Of a DNA stretch of 64,000 nucleotides, positions 37,926-50,203 are shown one piece after another. Position 1 is the first letter of the stretch; every line of letters starts with the position of its first letter. The notes beneath the pieces are model-generated. The model saw only the letters and a program-made list of their open reading frames with translations. It searched no databases and had not been told where the DNA came from. A program made the translations under genes and the position numbers. Source of the DNA: Mobula hypostoma (taxonomy: Eukaryota); assembly GCF_963921235.1 (NCBI RefSeq), contig NC_086097.1:241926001-241990000 (forward strand), read 5' to 3'.

Positions 37926-39296
37926 ATCAATTCCTACGAAAATGCCAGAGAGTCTCTTGTCTGGCCACAACACACAGGGATAGGTTGTCAGAATATCCTT
38001 GAAACTAAGATCGATTATTGCAAGTGTGCTGAGAACCCAGGCCGAATGGTGAGTCTTTATTTATGATATAAATAAGGTTCATTAAATCTGAAGATCCGGT
38101 AAGTCATTAAAGTAAAAAGTACAATTTGTTTTATATGTTAGTACCAGACAGGTGAAGGAAAACCATACAGACTGTTTAATTGTCAGAAACGACAGCCCAC
38201 AGGGTCCTCCCTACAATTTATGACCTTCACTGGCTCCATTTTGTTCTCACTGCTGTGTTATGCAGTAAGAACAGCACTGGGCATATTGCAAATTAAAGGA
38301 ACTAAAGGCAGGGTGTTAACAACTCGTATGTTTTAACCCTTTGTTCAGAATTTTCTTCCACAATTAAGTCCCATAGCCTCATGGTGTACAGCAACAGACT
38401 AGAGGGCAGTATCATGTAGTCTTGTGTTTACAGCTGTAGGCTAAATGGCAACACCACAATTCTCTGCAGATCTAGGCATGAAGCAATACAGACACACAAT
38501 TCTATAGCCTCGCAAAGGTATTTCCCATCCCAGTTGGCCAAAATTCTCCACACTATCTTTCATCAGTCCATGTCTATCCAAATACTTATATATGTGGCCC
38601 CTTAGAATACCTTCCAATAACTTTCCCACAACTGATGTCACACTCACCAGCCTACAATTTCCTGGCTTCTGTTTACAGCTTTTTTTTTACAACATTGGCT
38701 ATCCTCCAATCCTCTGGTACCTCTCCTGTCACTAAGCATGTTTTAAATATCTCTGCTCAGGCCACAGCAATTTCTGCACTTGCCTCCTGTAGGGTTCAAG
38801 GGAGCACATTGTCAGCCCCTGGAGATTTATCCACCCTGATTTGCCTCAGGATACCAAATACCTCCTCTGTAATCTGTACAGGGTCCATGAAGCTGATGCC
38901 ACTTTGCCCCACTTCTATGGACACTGTATCCATCTCCAGAGTAAATACAGATGCAAAGAATGCATTTAAGATCTCCTTCATCTACTTTGGCTCCACACAT
39001 GGATTACCATTCTGGTCTTTCAGAGAACCAGCTTTATTCCTAGCAATCCTTTTGCTCTTAACATACTTGTATAATCCCTTAGGATTCTCCTTCAACTTGT
39101 CTGCTGGAGAAACTTCTTTTAGCCTTCTTGATTTATGTCTTAAGTCTGTCTTGGCCTTCTTGTATTCCACAAGCACCTCACTTGTTCCAAAGCACCTCCT
39201 TCTTTCTGTTAACCAGGGCCTCAATATCTCTTGAAAACCAAGGTACCCTACACTTGTTATCTTTAACTTCTGTTCTGACAGACACATACAAGCTTT

Positions 39297-39766
39297 TGTC
39301 ACGGTCCCGACCATTAATTCCCCATATTCTCCTAATTCCCTTTGATTGCGGCACAGATCCTCATCTAGACCTGAGGCATAAATATCCCGGCTTTGCATCC
39401 ACTCATCACCAGATCGCTGTTTCTGCCAGTGTAGTAATTCAGGTTCCTGGCCGTTTAGGGTTGTGTATTCTAAGTTTAACTTCAGTACCGAGGTTTACCG
39501 TCTCTTCATGTCAAGATAAGTATTGCCTGCCGTTTGTCTTTCCATTTGCCGCTCCGTGTCAAGATAAGTGTTGCCTGCCACCTGTCTCCTGTTTGCTGTT
39601 CAGCTCCAGCAACACCCTGTGCCAAGAAAAGTTTTGCCTGTCTCCTGTCCTTCCTTTCACCCTCCTGTTTGCTGTTCAGCTCCCGCCACGCTCACGCCCT
39701 CGTCTGCATCCTAACTCTATCTCCGTGCCAGTGTCCTGTGTTTGGGTTCGCCCGTTCTCTGCAACA
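39297..39766. mobile_element. Solo LTR (Gypsy-like, 470 bp)
   Basis: TGTCACGG...GCAACA; perfect 5-bp TSD GCTTT. Confidence 0.85.
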
Positions 39767-41819
39767 GCTTTGTACTCTCAGAATTTCGTTTTTGAAAGCC
39801 TTCCACTTTCCAAGTACACCTTTGCCAGATAAACAGTCTGTCCCAATCCACACTTGTCAGATTGTTTCTGATACTATCAAAATTGGACTTTCTCCAATTT
39901 GGAATCTCAGATCTATATCTTTGTATATTGACTTTGAAACTAATGGCATTGCGGTCACTGGATGCAGTTTTCCCCTACACAAATTTCTGTCAACTGCCCT
40001 GTCTCATTCCCTCATAGCAGATTCAGTATCGCACGCTCTCTCATTGGGACTTTTATGTACTGATGAAGGAAACTTTCCTGAACACATTTGACAAACTCTA
40101 TCCCTTCTAGTCCTTCTACATTGTGGGATTCCCTGTTAATATGTTGTGAATTAAAATCACCTACCTTATGTTTTTTTGCAATCACTTCACAAATTTGTTC
40201 CTCTAAATCTTTAGGACTATTGGGTTGCCTGTAATAGTGCCTCATTAATGTGGTCATACCTATTTTATTTCTCAGTTCCACCCACAAGTCGAGTTCCCCA
40301 GTCTGTGCTGACAGAGCACCGCCATGACATTTTCCCCGTGACTGGTAATGCCACCCCTCGTCCTTTAAACCATCCCACACTGTCACGTCTAAAACAACAA
40401 AATATTGAGCGCCAATCCTGCCCCTCCTGAAGCTAAGTCTCACTATTGGCTAAAACATCATAATTCCAGGTCATAATTCTTGTATTGAAATATATGCAGC
40501 TCAGGACACTATGCTCAACCTATACACACCATGCTCAACCTTTGGATTCCTAATCTTGACAAAGGTCTTACCAACATCTGCCTCCACAAACTGTTCTGGT
40601 ACTCTGGTTCCCATCCCCCTGCAACTCTAGTTTAAACCTCAACGTGCAGCATGAACAAACCTGCCTGCTAGGATATTAGTCCCCCTCCAGTTCAAGTGCA
40701 AACAGTCCCTTCTGTACAGTTCCCACCTTCCCTGGATCTTTTGCCCCACCTCCTGCACCAACTCTTTATCCACGTATTAAACTATATAATCTTCCTAGTT
40801 CTGGCCTTACTAGCACGTAACTTGGTAGCAGCCCTGAGATGACAACCCCGGAGGTCCTGACCTTTAACTTAGCACCTAACTCCCTGGACTCCCTGTGCGG
40901 ACCCTCATCACTCGTCCTACCCATGTCATTGGAACCTATATGGACCGTGATTTCTGGCTGTTCACCCTGCCACTTAAGAATGCCGAGGACTTGATCAGAG
41001 ATGTCTCAGGTCCTGACATCCAGGAGAGAACATACCACCTGGGTATCTCATTCTCTGCCACAGAACCTCCAGTCCATTCCCCAAATCAATGAATCCCCTA
41101 GCACCACAGCGTGCCTCTTCTCCCCGCTTCCCTTCTGAGTCCCAGAGCCAGGCTCAGACTCAGACCCAGAGACCCAACCACTGTGACTTTCCTCTGTTAG
41201 ATTAGCCCCCTGACAGTATCCAAAGTGGTATACCTGTGGTGAGGGGAATGGCAACAGGGGTTCTCTGCACTGGCTCCTTAACCCCTTTCCCTTCCCTGAC
41301 TGTCACCCAGTTTCCTGTGTCCTGCACCTCGGGTGTAACTACCTCTCGATATGTCCTATCATTCCTTCAGTCCCCCCCCGCCCCACCCCGGATGTTACGG
41401 AGTTCATCCAGTTCCAGCTCCAACTGTTAGGAGCTGCAGCTGGATGCACCTCTCACAGTTGTAGTTGTCAGGGGCACTGGAGATCTCCCTGCCTTCCCAC
41501 ATCCTGCAAGAGGAGCACTCCACTATCCGGCCTGGCAGTTCTACTGTCCAAGCTGAGCAGAGCTGCTGGCTTTTTCTACTCAGGCAGTGAACCTGAGTGA
41601 AATCACCTCCTCTCAAACATCTGATGTCCAGATTGGTCGCTGGTCAAAGCTCTGTTATGCTGCCGTGACCCCTCCAGCTTTTTTTCAATCCTCTGCAGTA
41701 GCCCCTCTATACCAGACAGTGTTTCATTATGTACTACCATTTCTTTAACAAAAGCAGAAAATAATGCAGCATGTGTGGAGAGGGGAACAGTTAAATTTGT
41801 TTTCTATCCAGATGCTGTG

Positions 41820-42363
41820 TGTGTTAGAGTGAGTTTTTTGGGGAGATGATTTGTTTACACTTAAATGACTTTGGCCACCAGACTTGTATCAGACAAAGTA
41901 TTGTGGATTGAGTCCACCACAATGGGCTTCCTAAAAAGGTGTGAATACCAGGTGCTTCTGGTGCCGTAGTTTGACCTAATGCTGTAGTTTCGAGGACAGT
42001 ATTATCTATACATTATAAATATTAATTGTCTTCTATGTTAGTACAGGAAATGCCAAATAAATGTATCGTAGACTTAACTTAGATTCCTAAAGGCTGTGGA
42101 TACCAACTCAGACATGTTGGTGTCGGAGGGAAAGGATGGTGTGATATTTTGTATGTGGCTTCAATAGGAAGGATTGTCTATAACTTTTAAGTAGCGATTT
42201 GCCTTTGTGTTTAGCATATAAATATCGAGCCCACATTGAGCTAGCAGACCTTTCTACGGAAAGCGTCTCCGTCCGTATGATGCCTGCTGTACCTTGTGTC
42301 GAATAAAGAAGCTGCTTTGTATCTACCAGTGACTCTGTCTCTCCAGTGATTTCACCCACAACA
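41820..42363 (+). mobile_element. Solo LTR (544 bp)
   Basis: TG...CA; perfect 5-bp TSD CTGTG; TATAAAT at 42217, AATAAA at 42302. Confidence 0.85.
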
Positions 42364-42848
42364 CTGTGTATCTTACAAAACTTTTAAGTTTATATCTCAT
42401 ATGTCTAATATTTAGTGTTTACTTTTATATTGCAAACTTTGTCATTACTCTCTACTGCATTCCATCCTTTTTCTGTCTTCCCCGTTCTCATTTTCAGAAT
42501 GGAATGCTCTAATAATCCAGTCTCCAAATTACAGGTTCTTCATTAGTAAGGGCATCAAATTTTATGGGGAGAAGGCAGGAGAATGGTGTTGGGAGGGATA
42601 ATAAATCAACCATTATGGAATGGTGGAGCAGACTTGATGGGCCAAATGGCCTAATTTGTTCCTATGGCATATGGTCCTATCATCGACCATTCACATCTGG
42701 TTCGCCAGGTGCTGCTGCCCACACTCCCTTCCACTCACCTGCTCCGTCAGTTCCTAGCTCCACTTGTCACCTTTAAATTCACATAGTTCTGTTGGCCATT
42801 TTTAGGGATCATTCTGGAGTCATTACATTATGGACAGTATAGCATAGC

Positions 42849-43111
42849 TGGAACTACGCAGAGGTCTAAAAAGAGGAGAAAAGAAGCTGAGGCTTGCTGC
42901 TGAAGAAAAGCGCACTCGTCGGAAAAACAGCACCAAGACAACACTGGAGGACAGTTCCTTCAAGTGCAGTTGCTGCAGCCGAGACTGTCACTCCCGTGTG
43001 GGCCTCTACAGCCACAACAGACGCTGCTCTAACACAGACTGAAGCAAGACCTTCCAGGAGCAGATCCATGGTCTCGCGAGACTAACGGATGCCACCACCA
43101 CCAACACCACC
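42849..43111 (+). mobile_element. RTE LINE extreme 3' end
   Basis: 8-bp TSD AGCATAGC; FKCSCCSRDCHSRVGLYSHNRRCS Zn finger; (CCA)n tail. Confidence 0.8.
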
Positions 43112-43626
43112 AGCATAGCCAGTTTTCAGCCCATAAGATGTTCATGGGAGGGAAAGTTGAGTGGGTTCATTTCAGCATATTGTACAAAGGATGTGTTACA
43201 TTTCTGATACAGTTCCTCAGTACTCCCTCCAGAGCTGCTTTGTAGTTCCCATGTAGCAGGCAAAGGGACAACAGGCAAGTCGGAGATCTTTTAAAGCTGA
43301 GATAGTGAGAGCTCAATGTCTGCGTGTTCCTGTTAGAATAAAGGGCAGGGCTGGTAGTAGGAATTCTAGACGATGAAAAATATTGAGGCTGTGGCCAGGA
43401 AAAAGGAAGTATGCGTCAGGTAGAAGCCTGGATCAAGTGAATCCCTGAAGGAGATACGGGACTATAATCAGGAAGAAAATCAGGAGGAAAAGAAAGTGGT
43501 CAATGGGGTAACTTTTGAAGAGAAGAATAAGGATAAATTTAAAGGTAAATACAGGACTGTTCAAGTTGCCACTAAACTGGTAGCTAGTGAATATTGTGCC
43601 TATTTTAATAAATTGGGGAACCAGTA

Positions 43627-45192
43627 AACGTTTGTGAACCCTTTACAATTACCTTGTTTTCTGCATTAATTACTCATAAAATGTGGTCTGAATCTTCATC
43701 TAAATCACAGTAATAGACAAAAACAATCTGCCAAAACTAATAACAAACAATTGTACTTTACATGTCTTGATCGAACACATTGCTTAATCAGTCAGTCCAG
43801 AATGTAAAAAATATGTGAATGCTTGTGTTAGATAACTGGTAGAACCCCCTTTAGCAACAATAAACTCCAGCAAACATTTCCTGTAGCTGCTGATTGGATT
43901 TGCACAACGGCGAGGAGGAATCTTAGACCATTCCTCCATACAAAACTGTTTCAGTTCATCAGTATTTCTGGGATACCTTGCATGAACAGCCCTCTTCAGG
44001 TCATTTCACTGCATCTCAGTTGGATTAAGGTCTGGCAGCAATTCCAAACATTAATCTTCTTCTTTTTACACCAGTCTGTTGGTGATTTACTCTTGTTTCA
44101 GATCATTGTCTTGTTGCATCATCCAACTTCATTTAAGCTTCAGGTGATGGACTTGCTACTCTGACATTCACCTGTAAAATGCCTTGATACAATTTTGAAT
44201 CCCTTGTTGAAACAATTGCAAGCTGTCCAGGCCCTGAGGCAGCGAAGCAGCCCCAAATCATCACGTTCCTTCCACCATACTTCACAGTTGGGATGAGGTT
44301 TTGGTGTTGATGTGCAGTGCTCTTTGTTCTCCAAACATAGTGGTGTGCACTTCTGCCGAAAAGTTCAACTTTTGTCTCATCTATCCACAGAACATTGTCC
44401 CAGAAGTGTTGTGCTACATCTAGATGTGTTTTTGTTGCAAAATTGAGATGTCAGCAATCATTTTTTTGGAGAGCAGAGGTTTCCTCCATAGCGTCCTTCC
44501 ACGCACACCATTCTTGTTCAGTGTTTTTCTTATAGTGGACATATGACTAGGACTTTAACAAGTTCCAAAGACTTCTTCAGGTATTTTACTGTTACCCTTG
44601 GGTTCTTTCTCACCTCCTTCAGCATTGCACGATGCCCACTTCTAGTAGCAAATGTACTGAATTTCTTCCATTTGCAGACAGTTTCTCTTACTGTGGACTG
44701 ATGTACACACAGATCTTTCGAAATGCTTTTATAGCCTTTTCCAGCTTCACGCGTCTCTACAATTCTTCTTCGAAGGTCCTCTGAAAGTTGTTTTGATCAA
44801 GGCATGGTGCATGTAAACAGATCTTTCTGGAGGAGAGCAGGCTCTGGCAGTAACCTGACTTTGCATGTCTTTTTTTTATAGGGCAGGGCACCTCTACAAC
44901 CTATATATCCAATCTCATCTCATTCATTGGAACACCTGACTCCAAAAAGCTTTTGTAGAAGGCATTACCCCAGAGATTCACACACTTTTTTGAACTTAAG
45001 ATTGTGATTGTTTAAATGGTGTACTCAGTATTGATGAAACGTACAGTTGTTTCTGTGTTATTAGTTCAGGCAGATTGTGTTTGTCTATTATTGTAACTTG
45101 GATGAAGATTAGATTAGACCATATTTTATGAATAATTAATGCTGAAAACCAGGTAACTGCAAAAGGTTCACAAACTTTTTCTTGCAACTGTA
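43627..45192 (-). mobile_element. Tc1-like transposon with about 200-bp IR/DR terminal repeats and decayed transposase; isolated end of the same family at about 23125-23220
   Basis: Long inverted ends (GTTTGTGAACCCTTT... / ...AAAAGGTTCACAAAC..GCAACTG-TA); TVKYGGRNVMIWGCFAASGPGQL on the minus strand. Confidence 0.88.
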
Positions 45193-45493
45193 TATGGTAG
45201 GTAAGTTATTGAAGATTCTGAGATCAGATATAGAACACAGAAAACCTACAGCACAATACAAGCCCTTCAGCCCACAATGCTGTGCTGAACATGTACTTAC
45301 TTTAGGGTTACCCATAGCCCTCTATTTTTCTAAGCTCCCATCCAGGAGCCTCTTAAAAGATCCTATTATATCCACCTCCACCACAGTCGCTGGCAGCCCA
45401 TTCCACACACTCACCACTCTGCATAAAAAAACTTACCCCTGACATCCCCTATGTACCTACTTCCAAGCATATTAAAACCGTGCCCTCTCATGT

Positions 45494-45949
45494 TGTTAAA
45501 ATTTACTTCTAGTTATTACCCGTTACCCGATGCAAGAACACACAGTACTACCGGAGATAAAGCAACAGCTTTTTTATTTAGTAGTACTGCAGAGAGAGCA
45601 CTTGGGCACACACAGGGGCCTGTATCAGTGTTCTCTCTCTCCGCACAGAGTCTTTTTTAATACCCTTTCTGTCAAGTAGCAGGAAACAATTTTTTAGCTA
45701 CCCCCATAGTCACATGCCCAGCAACAGTGGTATTTTAAGACAAATACCTCTTGGTTGCCTTAATAGGCCAAAGGTCATCAACCTCAGACAATGTGCAGGA
45801 TGAGATAGTCCCTCGTTTTTCAACTGTAGTTCCACATTTTTTTTTGGACAGAATTACCACATCCGGTTCTGCAGGTGCACAAGTCAGCAGAGCTTAGCTT
45901 GAAGTCTAATTTTTACATGTCAGCAGAACAAATTAACCCTTTATCATCA
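45494..45949 (-). mobile_element. Solo LTR inserted in a CR1 3' fragment (about 45230-46120)
   Basis: TG...CA; 4-bp TSD ATGT/GTGT; AATAAA on the minus strand at about 45575. Confidence 0.7.
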
Positions 45950-46164
45950 GTGTTAGCCATTTCAGCCCTGGGGAGAAAACCTCTATCCAGATGATCAATG
46001 CCTCTCATCTTATACACCTCTATCAGGTCACCTCTCATCCTCCGTCACTCCAAGGAGAAAAGGCCAAGTTCACTCAACCTATTCTCAAAAGGCATGCTTC
46101 CCAATCCAGGCAACATCCTTGTACGATTGGTATGAAGGTAGACTGCGTCAATTTTAGAAAACCT

Positions 46165-46670
46165 AGCACACACTCAGGTTGGAGGAACAACACCTTGTAT
46201 TCCATCTGGGTAGCCTCCAACCTGATGGCATGAACAATGACTTCTCTAACTTCCATTAATGCCCCACCTCTCCTTTGTACCCCATCCCTTATTTATTTTT
46301 TCTTTCCTACCTTTTGTTTCCCTTTTTCTCCCTCTCACTATAACTCCTTGCCCATCCTCTGGGTCACCCCCCTTTCTTTCCCCCTAGGTCTCCTATCCTC
46401 TCCCTTCTCCAGCCTTATATCCCTTTTGCCAATCAACTTTCCAGCTCTTGGCTCCATCCCTCCCCCTCCTGTCTTGTCCTATCATTTCGGATCTCCCCCT
46501 CCCACTTCCAAATCTCTTACTATCTCTTCTTTCAGTTAGTCCTGACGAAGGGTCTCGGCCCGAAACGTAAACTGTACCTCTTCCTAGAGATGCTGCCTGG
46601 CCTGCTGCGTTCACCAGCATTTTTTTGGTGTGTGTTGCTTGAATTTCCAGCATCTGCAGATTTCCTCGTG
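46165..46670 (+). mobile_element. Penelope-like element 3' end (GIY-YIG C-terminus, pyrimidine-rich UTR, hammerhead)
   Basis: 46170-46259 reads TLRLEEQHLVFHLGSLQPDGMNNDFSNFH*; homologous copy at about 31997-32390. Confidence 0.8.
46537..46575 (+). ncRNA. Minimal type I hammerhead ribozyme motif in a Penelope-like element 3' repeat
   Basis: tagtc-CTGACGA-a-GGGTctcgGCCC-GAAAC-GTA-aactg: intact core, stem II, palindromic ACGT in place of helix III; downstream of a GIY-YIG-like C-terminus. Confidence 0.75.
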
Positions 46671-46671
46671 T

Positions 46672-47084
46672 AGGAGGAGATGAGTTGTACAGCTCTCTTT
46701 ACATGCACATGCAGGTCAACTATTTGAGTGATTATGCAGAAAGTTTGAAGTTAATAACTCATCAGGGGTGATTGATAAGTTCGTGGCCTAAGGTAGAAGG
46801 AGATGAGTTATTAACTTCAAACTTTCTGCATAATCACTCAAAGAGTTGAACTGCATGTGCATGTAATGAGAGCTGTTAACTCATCTCCTTCCACCTTAGG
46901 CCATGATACTTATCAATCACCCATCTGTGGACACTTTCCAGAGGTCCAAGATCTGTATGCTCCACGACCGCTGGATTAAGTGTGTAAATGTAGGAGGGGG
47001 ACTATGTTGAAAAATAAATGTGTTAGGTTTTCTAAAATTGACACGGTCTACCTTAGGCCACGAATTTATCAATCACCCCTCGTA
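46672..47084. mobile_element. Mariner-type MITE with internal inverted duplications
   Basis: TIR AGGGGTGATTGATAAGTTCGTGGCCTAAGGTAG present three times; ends CCCCTCG-TA. Confidence 0.75.
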
Positions 47085-47973
47085 TGTCACCATATACTAT
47101 CCTGAGATTCATTTTTGTGGGCATTCACAGCAGAACAAAGGAATACAATAGTCAATGAAAAACTACACACTGACGAAAGACCAATATGCAAAAGATGACA
47201 ACATGTGCAAATAAAAACATAAATAAATAATACTGAGAACATGAGTTGTAGAGTCCTTGGAAGTCCATCTGGTTGTGGAATCAGTTCAGTATTGAGCTGA
47301 GTGAATTTAACCACTCTGGAGACTGATGGGTAAAGGGTAGTAACTGTTCATAAAGCTGGTGGTGTGGGACCTCTTTCCCAGTGGCAGCATTTAGAAGAGA
47401 ACACGGCCTAAATGGTGGAGTTCCTTGATGATGGTTGCTGCTTTCTTGTGGCACCACTGAAAGCACCCTACCCAGATGCACCACAGTTTGGGACGGGAGC
47501 TGATCTGCCCAAGAACCAAGAAATTGCAGAGTTGTTGCAGAGCTCCATCCATCACAAACATCAGCCTCCCCTCTGTGGACAGTCTAAACTGGACATCCTC
47601 TCCTCATGCCCTCCCCCTTCCATTGGGAAGAAGAGAAACCAACATATTTTAATAGCATCTTTACTCTATAACTTACTAACCAATGCTTAACTCCCAAATA
47701 TTGTCTTCCTAGTATAATACTTTCAGTTATACATGCGGGAAAGAAATTCTTCTTGCTCCTTAAAGCTAGGACAATGTCTCAGGACTTCACTTAATCAGAA
47801 ACAGAAACTCAACTTTGCCCTCATGAGATGGATCAAAAATTATCACACCCAATTAAAAAACGGATGGAATAATGTCAATGTAAATTAGCTTATATCTACA
47901 TGAGCAGATCATGATTTGTAAAAAAAAATAAAGGCGTTGCACAAGACAAAACTCCCAAAACTGATACAAGTAT

Positions 47974-47979
47974 TTTATT
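47974..47979 (-). terminator. Probable RAD21 polyadenylation signal (3' UTR about 0.85 kb)
   Basis: AATAAA on the minus strand followed by a GU/U-rich element (GTTTTGGGAGTTTTGTCTTGTG...TTTTTTTT); 47.7-48.8 kb lacks recognisable TEs. Confidence 0.6.
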
Positions 47980-48811
47980 AAAAAAGTTATACATAACAGC
48001 AAGAACTATCACTGTTCAGCAACATTTAGCAATGACCTAATTAAGCAACAAACTAAAGACTCAGTAGCATCAGCAAAATGCTGCTTCAAATGAAAGCTGT
48101 CATCTTTTCCATAATTAGACATTCATTAAAAATTATCTACACATTTTATACAAAAAAGTGGATTGAAGCTTACAGGCACATAATGTTTAAAATGAAAACA
48201 GCTTTGTAACACTCCAGACAGTTAGAGCATCCTAGAATTATGAGCATGACATTAGAATTAACTGAATATTTTGTATGTCCTTGGTTGTATTTTAACAAAT
48301 AATTTGAAATTCCAGTGCAGAATGGGTATACTGGTAGCCTGTGTTCTAAAATAAAATCTCAATACAAAGGAACCAGCACACAATTGTAAAAGTTAACTTA
48401 AGTGCAAATGTTCACTACCAATTCTATAGTACTTTGTTGTAATTTTAATAAAAATACATCTTATTGAGATAATCTACCAGCAATGGTGGTACACATGACT
48501 TTCTTGAATAATTCTATCAATAAACCCATAATTATATTTGCACAGAAACATACTAAATGCGTTCATAATCTGAATGTTTAGCATTTTTCCAATCATGATT
48601 TTTTCAGTATAAAACCCGCCATGGAGTGAAAATTATTTTTCTTTGTCATAAACACTGGAATAACACACCTATCCCAAATATTGAAGTTTCTCTGTCCAAA
48701 ATAATCTTTTAATAGTCAATATACATAAAACCATCATATCAAAGAGTTGCAATGGTCTCAATTCCCCACTCGGGGCAATACATATCTAGTGAATAAACAC
48801 TAGCCATAAGA

Positions 48812-49003
48812 TCAGACAATATTGAACCTGGGTCCTGGAGTTGCAATGATGTCGCTGTAAGGCTCAGCCTGTGTAAGCTCAATTGCCTGTTGCTTCTTCA
48901 ATACTAAGAAACTGTAGAATTTTGCAGCTGCTTGTTTTCGGTTATTTTTCCGGCATAGATCTGCCAGGCTAATAGATTCAGCTCCTGTTTTAGCCAAAGC
49001 TCT
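48812..49003 (-). CDS. RAD21: RAD21 terminal coding exon (winged helix, SMC1-binding)
   Basis: [63 protein letters not shown]; strong polypyrimidine acceptor. Confidence 0.98.
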   Translation of the reverse strand, partial: RALAKTGAESISLADLCRKNNRKQAAAKFYSFLVLKKQQAIELTQAEPYSDIIATPGPRFNIV

Positions 49004-50203
49004 CTGCAAAAAGAAAAAAATTATTGAAGTCACACTCTAAATTATTTTTATACACACATACATACATACATACACAAAAGACTACAAAAAAGGAACCTGT
49101 TATTGATCAAGTAAAGGACCATAAAAAATTGCTTGAAAAGCCGAGCTTAAAGCCATTTCAAAGGATGAAAGGGATTTTTATACAACTGTGTAATGTCTCT
49201 AATTGGCAAAGCCAGTACTTACTGGACATCTCTTTTTAACCTTAAGGTTTTCTGGTTAGTTGACTTGAATCCTTGACGTCTCCGGTGAAGATGTTCTCAC
49301 ATGATTACTAAGGATTTCTAGTATTTTGAGTTAGGAACTAAGAAGGAAAAATGATGGTGTTCCAAGTTTGAAAAGTAATAACTTGGAGAGGATGCTACAA
49401 GTTATGATGGTAACGTTACCTTGCTGGACCCATGTCTCTCAATACAGATCAAACATAGGAGCTACTGCAAGATAACATGCAGATGAGCACACGGCAGCCA
49501 AAGTGCATCTTTGGGATTAAGACAATGTTTTGGTGATAAATGACATGTCAACCAGAGACACAGCTTAACTGTAAATGCTACTGACTGACTAGACTGCAGA
49601 TCTATTATAAGAGTATATTTCATTACGGACTTGACATCTTGCCACGTACTTGGGGAGTTAGACAAGTCAGCTGCTGCAGAACACCAAGAATTGTAGTTAA
49701 TGGCTAGTTCAGTTCCAGTAACAGTGTCACCAACTTTATTGATGATGGAAGTTTTGCCAAAAGAAGTGAACGTAAAGAGAACATGGGACAGATTGCCCGA
49801 GATATTTTGTCAATAGAGCTGGATGCCTCTTAATGATGCATGCCTGAATACTGTTCTGATCTTGCATGAAAGCAGACTTCTCCATTAAATGACAAGTTGC
49901 TATTGGAAGTGACCTTTGGAACAAAATATTTATTCGAAATTTAGTTTTTATTACATGGAGGCTCAAATATTACGCTCACTTCTTACTGAGCAACTCCAAT
50001 AATATTTCCCACAGGGAGCACATCCATGTGGATCAAAAATGGCAGCAGTTGTTTCAGAGTAACTAGACAAATGCTATAATCGTATGATATATTAAAAAAA
50101 ACAAAATTGGAGGAAGATGATTTTTTTAGGCTAAATCAGTGTGTCCATGGAGTTCCCTGTTAATTTGGGACTTACTAGCACTGTATTAAGGGGAAATTTA
50201 GGA

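Larger units (their letters stand above)
33079..38552 (-). mobile_element. Solo LTR-like element (about 0.86 kb net), interrupted by hAT and RTE insertions
   Basis: Splits the CR1 with duplicated (A)CTATC(TT); begins TGTGGAG on the minus strand; TATAAAA (about 33245) and AATAAA (about 33167) in LTR order. The far end lacks a clean CA. Confidence 0.6.
30005..41620 (-). mobile_element. Near-full-length degraded CR1 LINE in pieces (41620-39772, 39296-38553, 33078-32476, 30522-30005), host to nested insertions
   Basis: From right to left: ORF1 Zn-finger VECSSCRMWE..CERCIQLQLL, esterase VLGDSLI, endonuclease VGDFN, KSPGAD, SVVGKLLE, KAFDKVPH, CR1 3' UTR. Confidence 0.85.

Noticed and set aside
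39128..40091. 234-aa and 185-aa plus-strand ORFs
   Set aside because: Antisense to CR1 and spanning a solo LTR; no domain evidence.
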